Source of the DNA: Acidimicrobiia bacterium
GTDB lineage: Bacteria > Actinomycetota > Acidimicrobiia > IMCC26256 > PALSA-555
DNA length: 64,000 nt
NCBI GenBank assembly: GCA_036521915.1
Contig: DATDGU010000111.1
Location: 966-64,965, forward strand
Direction of reading: 5' to 3'
The position numbers were made by a program, and so were the translations under genes. The notes under the pieces are model-generated. The model saw only the letters and a program-made list of their open reading frames with translations, did not search any database and was not told where the DNA came from. This document shows, piece after piece, positions 41,054-48,270 of the stretch; position 1 is the first letter of the stretch, and each line of letters begins with the position of its first letter.

Positions 41054-42105
41054 ATGGCCGACTCGCGGACGTCGAACTTCGCCCGGATCACGTCGCCCAG
41101 GTAGTTGAGCGCGAGCACCGTGAGGAAGATCAGGAGCGCGGGCTCGAAGACGATGTGGGGTGAGGTGAAGAGCTCGCCGCGGTCGATGGCGATCATGTTG
41201 CCCCACGACGGCGTCGGCGGCCGGACCCCGACCCCGAGAATCGCCAGGGCGCCTTCGGCGACGATGGCGATCGCGACGCTGAGCAGCGCGATCGACACCA
41301 TGGCCGGCAGCACGTTCGGGAGCACCTCCCGCCACATGACGCGACCGTTCTTGGCGCCCTGCGCGCGGGCCGCGAGCACGAACTCGCGCCGGCTCCACGT
41401 GAGGGCGCTCGCCCGCGAGATCCGCCCGATGAGCGGGATGGCCACGACCCCGATGGCGATGATGAGGATCACGACGTCCGGCAGGGCGGTGGCCGTGCCG
41501 GCCTGCGCACTGCCCTGCAGGAACGCGACGAGCGCGAGGGCGAGCACGACGCCGGGGACGGAGAGCAGCACGTTGAACGTGGAGACCAGGAACGAGTCGA
41601 GGCGGCCACCGAAGTAGCCGGCGATGAGCCCGAGGGTGCCGCCGATCAGGAAGCCCAGCGCGACCGAGCCGGTGCCGACCAGCAGGGACGTCCAGGCCCC
41701 GAGCGCGAGCCGGGCGATCATGTCCCGCCCGTCGCTGTCGCAGCCGAGCAGGTGGCCCGGCGCGGTGCCCTCGTTCGCGAAGGGTCCCTTGCGGGCGCAC
41801 GACGCGATGACGTTCTGCGGGTCGCCCCACGTGACGAGGCCGATCTTGGCGAGCACGGCGATGATCACGATGAAGACCATCCAGCCGATCGCGAGCCACG
41901 CGAAGAAGCTGAGGCCCCACTTCAGCGGCCCCCGGCCCCGCCCCTCGTCGCCGACGAGGACGGCCTCCTCGGCGACGAGCGCGCCGCCGCCGGAGAACCC
42001 GGACTCGAACTCCTCGTGGACGGTCTCGCCGACCTCGTCGCGGATCGTCGGGCCGCCACTCCCCGGGCCGGGGGTGGCTCGGGGGCTACGCCGCAACCCG
42101 GGCAC
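41050..42105 (-). CDS. Peptide ABC transporter permease (OppC/DppC-like)
   Basis: Polytopic protein with a BPD-transporter core (AARAQGAKNGRVMWREVLPN). The exact start is uncertain. Confidence 0.85.
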   Translation of the reverse strand: MPGLRRSPRATPGPGSGGPTIRDEVGETVHEEFESGFSGGGALVAEEAVLVGDEGRGRGPLKWGLSFFAWLAIGWMVFIVIIAVLAKIGLVTWGDPQNVIASCARKGPFANEGTAPGHLLGCDSDGRDMIARLALGAWTSLLVGTGSVALGFLIGGTLGLIAGYFGGRLDSFLVSTFNVLLSVPGVVLALALVAFLQGSAQAGTATALPDVVILIIAIGVVAIPLIGRISRASALTWSRREFVLAARAQGAKNGRVMWREVLPNVLPAMVSIALLSVAIAIVAEGALAILGVGVRPPTPSWGNMIAIDRGELFTSPHIVFEPALLIFLTVLALNYLGDVIRAKFDVRESAI

Positions 42106-43270
42106 GACGGATCCTCGGGTCGAGCACCGCGTAGAGGAAGTCCACGACGAAGTTCAACAGCACGAACCCCACGGCGATGATCACGATGTAGCTCTGCAGT
42201 GCCACGTATTCGCGGGCGTTGATCGCCTCGAAGATCTGCTGCCCCATCCCCGGGATCGAGAAGATGACTTCGATGACGACCGCCCCGCCGATCAGGGTCC
42301 CGGCGGTGAGGCCGGCCACGGTGAGCAGCGTCAGGCTCGAGGGCCGCAGCGCGTGGCGCCACAGGATGCGCGTGTTCGAGATGCCCTTCGCCTTCGCGAG
42401 GGTGATGAAGTTCTCCTGGAGCGTCTGGATCATGTCGCTGCGCAGGAGCCGTTGGAACACGGCGATCTCGCCGGCGGCGAGCGTGATCGACGGCAGCAGC
42501 ATGTCCTGCATGTGGGGCCACAGGTCGTAGTAGCCGTGGAAGAGCACGATCCCGAGCACCATGAAGAGGATGACCCCGACGACGCCGCCGAGCACGCCGC
42601 CCGCGCCCGGGAGCCCGCGGGTGCGGCCGATCACCGCACCGACCGTGACGCCGACCGCGATGAACAGCAGGATCACGAGCAGCGGGCCCCAGTCGCCGAC
42701 GAACGCGCGGTCGAGCCAGCCTGCGGTGTACCCGCCGGTGGGGAGCCACTTCAGCTTGGCGCCGACGAAGAACGAGAGCACCAGCGCGAGCACGAAGTTG
42801 GGGAGCGCGAGCAGCCCGAACGCCGTGGTGTTCACGGCGCCGTCGGCGCGGGTGCCGGCCCGGTAGGCGCCGAAGACGCCGAGCGGGATGGCGACGACGA
42901 GCGCCAGGATCATCGAGTAGATCATCAGCTCGAGGCTGACGGGCAGGGATTCCTTCACGAGGGTCGACACGGGCGTGCCCGACGAGTACTGGTGCCCGAG
43001 GTGCCCTTGGACGAGCCCGGTCAGGTAGTCCCAGTACTGGGCGAAGAAGCCCTTGTTGAGCCCGAGGTCGGAGCGCAGCAGCGCCCGCTCGTGCGCGAAC
43101 GCCGGACCCTGCCCGAAGGGGATGATCGTTTGCACCGGGTCGCCGGGCAGCAGCCGGATGAGCAGGAACGTGAAGAAGCTGACGACGATGAGGACGACGA
43201 GCAGCTGCAGGAGCCGGCGCCCGAGGAGACGCAGCAGCTCGTAGTCACGCCGGCCGGTCGTGGCCTCCAC
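42086..43270 (-). CDS. Peptide ABC transporter permease (OppB/DppB-like) with an inserted hydrophobic segment
   Basis: 394 aa. Has LLPGDPV, KAKGISNTRILWRHALRPS and a C-terminal DPRIR. There is an extra insert of about 65 aa between KLKWLPTGGY and LLPSITLA. Confidence 0.85.
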   Translation of the reverse strand: MEATTGRRDYELLRLLGRRLLQLLVVLIVVSFFTFLLIRLLPGDPVQTIIPFGQGPAFAHERALLRSDLGLNKGFFAQYWDYLTGLVQGHLGHQYSSGTPVSTLVKESLPVSLELMIYSMILALVVAIPLGVFGAYRAGTRADGAVNTTAFGLLALPNFVLALVLSFFVGAKLKWLPTGGYTAGWLDRAFVGDWGPLLVILLFIAVGVTVGAVIGRTRGLPGAGGVLGGVVGVILFMVLGIVLFHGYYDLWPHMQDMLLPSITLAAGEIAVFQRLLRSDMIQTLQENFITLAKAKGISNTRILWRHALRPSSLTLLTVAGLTAGTLIGGAVVIEVIFSIPGMGQQIFEAINAREYVALQSYIVIIAVGFVLLNFVVDFLYAVLDPRIRRARVAA

Positions 43271-43359
43271 GCGCTCCCCTCCTGTCCTTCGTCACGCCTC
43301 GAGGGTGGGAGGCGGGCCGGTCGGGTGCCGACCGGCCCGCTCCCGGTGCGTCCTCCGGG

Positions 43360-45000
43360 CTAGCTCTTGCTGACGTCGAGCAGCGGGATGCGCCCGTAGG
43401 AGAACAGCGGCCTGCCCCCACCGTTCGGGAGTGGTGGGAAGCCGATGGTCACACTGGACGCGTACCCGATCGTCCAGTTCACGTAGTACTCGGGGATCAT
43501 GTAGTCCCGCTGCGCCATCACCTTGTTCAGCTGCTGGTAGATCGGGGTGGCCTGGGCGGTCGTCGTCGCGGCGCGCCCCTGGTCGAGCAGCGACTGGACC
43601 TGCGGGTCGTCGAACTCACCGAAGTTCGTGAGGTAGCCGAGCTTCGGGCTGGCGAACCACACGTAGGTGTCCGCGTCGCTCAGGTTCGTGAACTCCCCGT
43701 AGAGGTTCCGCCAGGCGAGGATGTCGATCTGGCCGGCGAGCGCCTTGTTGATCAGGGTGGCCTGGTCGAACTGGGCGATCGTGACGTTGATGCCGGCCTT
43801 CGCGGCCTCCTCCTTGATGAGCTGCGCCTCGGCGCTGGCGTCCGGGTCCGTGGTCGTGCCGAGCACGACGTTGAACTGGCCGCCGAGCGCGGCCTTCGCC
43901 TGGGCGACGAGCTTCTGGGCCTTCGCCAGGTTGTAGGCCGGATAGCCCGCGTTGGCGAGATAGCCCGGGATGGCGCTGTCGAAGATGCCGTTCGCCACCT
44001 GGAAGAGGCCCTTGTTGCGGATCTGGTTGATCTCCACCTTGTTGACGGCGGCGTTCATCGCGGTGCGGGCGATCTGCTGGTTGAACGGCGACTTGTTCGA
44101 GAGCAGCCACAGATGGACGATCTCGCGCGAGCCCGGGCCCTGAACGATCGTGTGGATCCCGCTCAGGCTCCGCAGGGCGTCGGACTCGAGCCCGCTGGAC
44201 TGGTGGGTGATGTCGATCGAGCCGCCCTGCAGCTGGGTGTTGCGGGCCGGACCGTCCGGGATCGGGACGAAGGTGATCGAGTTCGCCTTCGGGTACCCGG
44301 GCTGCCAGTAGTCCGGGTTCTTCGTCACGACGGTCGACACGTTCTGGTTGTACGACTGGAGCTTGAACGGCCCGGTGCCGATCATGTCGGTCGAGCAGTT
44401 CCCGTTGATCTGCGCCGGCGCCATGATCCCAAAACGGCCGGTCGAGTACAGGTACGCGGCGAACGCCGGGACCGGCGTCTTGAGGTTGACCTGCACGGTG
44501 AGCGGGTCGACGACGTTCACGCTCTGGATGAACCCGAGATAGATCGTGAACAGCGGCCCTTCCGCGGCGGCGACGCCGCCGGGCAGGGACGCGTAGGTGT
44601 CGAGGTTCAGCTTCACCGCGTTCGCGTCGAGCGCCTCGCCGTCCTGGAACTTGATGTTGGGCCGCAGCGCGATGGTCCACTGGGTGGAGTTCGCGTTCGG
44701 CGTGACCGACTTGGCGAGGTACGGCACGGCGACGCCCTTGCTGTTGGGCACGGTGAGCGTGTCGTAGATCGCCGCGACGACCTGGATGCCCGAGATGGCC
44801 AGCTGGGCCCGGCTCAGGCAGTAGTCGGTGGTCTCGGCCTCGAGCCCGAACTTGATGTCGCCGCCACTCTTCTGGCCGCCGCGCGCCGCGCCCGCCGCGC
44901 CGCCGAGGGCGCTGACGGCGGTCCCCACCATCGCCGCGATGGCCACGATGGCGAGGACGCGGACGAGGCCGCGAGGTGCATGCCGGTGCCGATCGGCCAC
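43360..45000 (-). CDS. ABC transporter substrate-binding protein, family 5 (peptide/nickel)
   Basis: GTG start at 45000 with a GGGGGGAA RBS and a signal/anchor LAIVAIAAMVGTAVSALGG. Has the SBP_bac_5-like body. Confidence 0.85.
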   Translation of the reverse strand: MADRHRHAPRGLVRVLAIVAIAAMVGTAVSALGGAAGAARGGQKSGGDIKFGLEAETTDYCLSRAQLAISGIQVVAAIYDTLTVPNSKGVAVPYLAKSVTPNANSTQWTIALRPNIKFQDGEALDANAVKLNLDTYASLPGGVAAAEGPLFTIYLGFIQSVNVVDPLTVQVNLKTPVPAFAAYLYSTGRFGIMAPAQINGNCSTDMIGTGPFKLQSYNQNVSTVVTKNPDYWQPGYPKANSITFVPIPDGPARNTQLQGGSIDITHQSSGLESDALRSLSGIHTIVQGPGSREIVHLWLLSNKSPFNQQIARTAMNAAVNKVEINQIRNKGLFQVANGIFDSAIPGYLANAGYPAYNLAKAQKLVAQAKAALGGQFNVVLGTTTDPDASAEAQLIKEEAAKAGINVTIAQFDQATLINKALAGQIDILAWRNLYGEFTNLSDADTYVWFASPKLGYLTNFGEFDDPQVQSLLDQGRAATTTAQATPIYQQLNKVMAQRDYMIPEYYVNWTIGYASSVTIGFPPLPNGGGRPLFSYGRIPLLDVSKS

Positions 45001-45065
45001 GTTGTTCCCCCCAGAACTGATGGGGCCTGCTTGCCCCTGGGCCGTGATGTGCGCCGTGGTGGGCC

Positions 45066-45082
45066 TGTGACGGCCGTCACGG
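45066..45082. promoter_or_regulatory. Palindromic candidate operator between the peptide-ABC operon and arfB
   Basis: TGTGACGG-C-CGTCACGG has a perfect 14-bp core GTGACGGCCGTCAC at 45067-45080. It lies in the divergent intergenic region. Confidence 0.35.
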
Positions 45083-45188
45083 TGTCGCCACTCTAGAAGC
45101 CCGCTCCGGGCTGTCAATGGCGGCGCGGCGCACTCTACCGGGGGGTAACCCCCACCTGTCGACGCCGTCCCAGGTACCGTCGGCCCCG

Positions 45189-45608
45189 ATGGGGCCGCGC
45201 TGGCTGCGGGTCAGCCCCTCGTGCCGGATCGATCGCGACGAGGTCGTGGTGCGGGTCACCCGCTCGGGGGGACCGGGCGGCCAGCACGCCAACACCTCCG
45301 ACACCGCGGTCGAGGTCGCCTTCGACGTGGGCGCCTCCCGCTCCCTCGACGCCCGGCAGCGGGCTCGGCTGCTCGACCGGCTCGGCCCGGTCGTGCGGGC
45401 CCGCGCCGCGGACACCCGCTCGCAGGCCCGCAACCGCGACTTGGCGCTCGAGCGCCTCGCGGCGCGGCTCGCCGCCGGGCTGCGCTACCCGCGTCCGCGC
45501 CGCGCCACGGCGCCGTCCCGCGCCGCCCGCCAAGCCCGCGTCGACGCGAAGCGCCGCCGGGGCGACGTGAAGCGGGGCCGGGCCCGTCCGTCCCGCGACG
45601 AGACCTGA
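45189..45608 (+). CDS. arfB: Alternative ribosome-rescue factor ArfB (peptidyl-tRNA hydrolase, RF-1 domain)
   Basis: About 139 aa. Has the SGGPGGQHANT GGQ motif and a basic C-terminal tail. Confidence 0.85.
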   Translation: MGPRWLRVSPSCRIDRDEVVVRVTRSGGPGGQHANTSDTAVEVAFDVGASRSLDARQRARLLDRLGPVVRARAADTRSQARNRDLALERLAARLAAGLRYPRPRRATAPSRAARQARVDAKRRRGDVKRGRARPSRDET

Positions 45609-45620
45609 GAGGCTGCGACC

Positions 45621-46718
45621 GTGCACGTCGTCGTCGCCGTCCTCCTCTCGATCCTCGGGGTCCTGCTCATCCTCGTCGTCTTCGACTCGGCGCTGCGGAC
45701 CTTCGTCCTGCCTCGCGGGGTCGTGACGCTCCTGACCCGGACGTTCTTCACCAGCCTGCGGAAGGTGTTCGACGTCTTCGCGCGCGAGAGCCGGACCTAC
45801 GAGGCGCGCGACAGCGTGATGGCCCTCTACGGGCCGCTCGGGCTCTTCGGGCTCGTGTTCACGTGGATGACGATCGTCATCCTGGGCTTCGCGCTCATCT
45901 ACAAGGGTGCGCTCCAGGTCGGGACATGGCACCGGGCGTTCGAGCTGTCAGGGTCCTCGTTCTTCACGCTCGGCTTCGTCGGCGTCCCGCCGGGCATCCC
46001 GAGCTACTGCCTCGTGTTCATCGAGGCCGGGTCGGGCCTCGGGCTCCTCGCGCTCCTCATCGCCTACCTGCCGACGATCTACGGCGCGTTCTCGCGCCGG
46101 GAGCTCGCCGTGGCGAAGCTGGCCACCCGCGCGGGCACCCCGCCGAGCGCCATCGACCTGCTCACCCGGTACCACGCCATCGGCTGGACCGACCAGCTCC
46201 CCGCGCTCTGGGAGCAGTGGGAGGAGTGGTTCGCCGACATTGCCGAGACGCACACGTCGCTCGGCGTGCTCACGTTCTTCCGCTCGCCCAACCCCGACCG
46301 GTCCTGGGTCACCGCGGCCGGCGCCCTCCTGGACGCGGCGTCGCTGGCCCAGTCGACGCTCGCCATCCCCTGGTCGCCGCAGGCCGGGCTGTGCATCCGC
46401 GCCGGGACGATTGCGCTGCGCGAGATCGCCTCCTTCTTCGGTGTCCCGTTCGACCCCGACCCCCGCCCCGACGACGCGATCAGCATCGCCCGCTCGGAGT
46501 GGGACGACGCCTACGTGCGCCTCGGCGGCGCCGGCGTGCCGGTCCGGCCCGACCGCAACCGGGCCTGGCGCGACTTCGCCGGCTGGCGGGTCAACTACGA
46601 CGCCGTGCTGCTCGGCATGGCCGGCATCACGATGGCGCCGTACGCGCCGTGGTCCTCGGACCGCTCCCTGCGGTACCGGGCGCGCCTCGTCCGGCGCCGC
46701 ACCCCGACGACCGGCTGA
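45621..46718 (+). CDS. Membrane protein with a two-TM/pore-loop (ion-channel-like) module and an uncharacterised cytoplasmic domain
   Basis: 365 aa. Layout is TM, then a pore-helix-like SGSSFFTLGFVGVPPG, then a TM (LGLLALLIAYLP). The remaining roughly 200 aa is unrecognised. Confidence 0.4.
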   Translation: MHVVVAVLLSILGVLLILVVFDSALRTFVLPRGVVTLLTRTFFTSLRKVFDVFARESRTYEARDSVMALYGPLGLFGLVFTWMTIVILGFALIYKGALQVGTWHRAFELSGSSFFTLGFVGVPPGIPSYCLVFIEAGSGLGLLALLIAYLPTIYGAFSRRELAVAKLATRAGTPPSAIDLLTRYHAIGWTDQLPALWEQWEEWFADIAETHTSLGVLTFFRSPNPDRSWVTAAGALLDAASLAQSTLAIPWSPQAGLCIRAGTIALREIASFFGVPFDPDPRPDDAISIARSEWDDAYVRLGGAGVPVRPDRNRAWRDFAGWRVNYDAVLLGMAGITMAPYAPWSSDRSLRYRARLVRRRTPTTG

Positions 46719-46831
46719 CCCGCGGCCGCGGCGCGCGGCCGAGTGCCCGCGAGCCACCCGGACCTGACATCTGCGTCAGGGGACATGTGGCTAGAGTGCC
46801 GGGAATCGTCGGTCGACTGGGGGGAGTACCG

Positions 46832-48217
46832 ATGCGCTGGAACAGGTCCGTGCGGGCGATGACCGTCGCGGTGGTCGCCGCCGCACTGAGCCTGGCGGTG
46901 GCCGCGAGCCCCGTGGGCGCGCAGAGCAGCAGCGCCAACGGACGACCCGGCGTCACGGCCACGACGATCAAGGTGGGCGGCGTGGCCGGGGTGACGAACC
47001 CCGTCGGCCAGCCGTACGCCTCCGGCTTCGACGGCCTCCAGGCGTACTTCAACTACATCAACGGCAAGGGCGGGGTCTTCGGCCGCAAGTTCCAGCTCGT
47101 CGCCAAGCTCGACGACCAGTCGCGCGCGTCCCAGAACGTCGAGGAGTCGCGCTCGCTCGTCGAGGAGGACCACGTCTTCGCGGTCGCGCCGGTGGTCACC
47201 CAGATCTTCGCCGGAGCGAGCTACCTGGCGGGCAAGGGCGTCCCGACGTTCGGCTGGAACATCGACACCGGCTGGCAGACCGGCTACCCGACCCCGGGCG
47301 CGATCAGCCCGACGGGCGGGATGGGTGCGGCGAACCTCTTCGGTGAGAAGGGCTCCTACCTCTGCTTAGTGTGCGCGTCGGAGGCGTCCCCCTACATCGC
47401 CCAGCAGGTCGGCGCGAAGAACGTCGCCATCCTCGCCTACACGGCGTCGCAGTCGGCGCAGTGCGCGCAGGGCACGGAGGCCGGCCTCAAGAAGTACGGG
47501 TTCAACGTGGCCCTGGTCGACACGAGCCTGGCGTTCGGGTTCACCGACCTCGGCTCGGACATCGACCAGATGAAGGCGAAGAATGTGCAGTTCGTCAGCA
47601 CGTGCATGGACGTCGGGGGTGAGGTGGCCGTCGCCCAGGACCTCCAACGGGCCGGGCTGACGAGCGTGAAGTTCTACGCGCCCCAGGGCTACGACCCCGG
47701 CACGCTGTCCAAGTACGGCCAGGAGCTCGACGGCATCTACTTCGGGATCGACTTCGTGCCCTTCGAGGACGCGAGCCAGTTCCCGGAGATGCAGCTCTTC
47801 ATGAAGTACATGAACGCCGAGCACAAGCCGATCAACGAGCAGGCCCTCTCGGGGTGGATCAACGGCGACCTGCTCTACAAGGGCATCAAGAAGGCCGGGA
47901 AGGACTTCACCCAGGCCTCGGTCGTCTCCGCGATCAACGGCTTCAACGGCTACACGGCGAACGGCCTGCGGCCACCGATCAACTGGTCCTTCGACGGCCA
48001 CGGGCCGGGGACGGAGGCCTGCACCGCCTACGTGGAGGTCGTGAACGGCAAGTTCGTGCCGCAGTTCGGGAAGCCCGGGCAGCCGTTCGTGTGCACGCGC
48101 GACAACCCGCTCCCGGACACGCTGGACTCGTCGACCGTCTACTACCGGCCGCCGCTGGCCGGCGAGACGCTGCCGCCCACCGCGACGGTCCCGTCGACGT
48201 CGCCGCCACAGCCATAG
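46832..48217 (+). CDS. Branched-chain amino-acid ABC transporter substrate-binding protein (LivK-like)
   Basis: ATG 46832 with a GGGGAG RBS and signal peptide MRWNRSVRAMTVAVVAAALSLAVAASPVGA. Has a periplasmic-binding type-I body. Confidence 0.8.
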   Translation: MRWNRSVRAMTVAVVAAALSLAVAASPVGAQSSSANGRPGVTATTIKVGGVAGVTNPVGQPYASGFDGLQAYFNYINGKGGVFGRKFQLVAKLDDQSRASQNVEESRSLVEEDHVFAVAPVVTQIFAGASYLAGKGVPTFGWNIDTGWQTGYPTPGAISPTGGMGAANLFGEKGSYLCLVCASEASPYIAQQVGAKNVAILAYTASQSAQCAQGTEAGLKKYGFNVALVDTSLAFGFTDLGSDIDQMKAKNVQFVSTCMDVGGEVAVAQDLQRAGLTSVKFYAPQGYDPGTLSKYGQELDGIYFGIDFVPFEDASQFPEMQLFMKYMNAEHKPINEQALSGWINGDLLYKGIKKAGKDFTQASVVSAINGFNGYTANGLRPPINWSFDGHGPGTEACTAYVEVVNGKFVPQFGKPGQPFVCTRDNPLPDTLDSSTVYYRPPLAGETLPPTATVPSTSPPQP

Positions 48218-48270
48218 CGGGGCGGGGCACCCTGTAAGGAGAACAACCGAGACCGGAGTCCGACGAGCTC

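Noticed and set aside
45221-46831. 5' two-thirds of the 998-aa ORF 45221..48217
   Set aside because: Only the part from ATG 46832 (RBS, signal peptide, SBP fold) is credible. The upstream part is out-of-frame overlap with arfB and the membrane protein.
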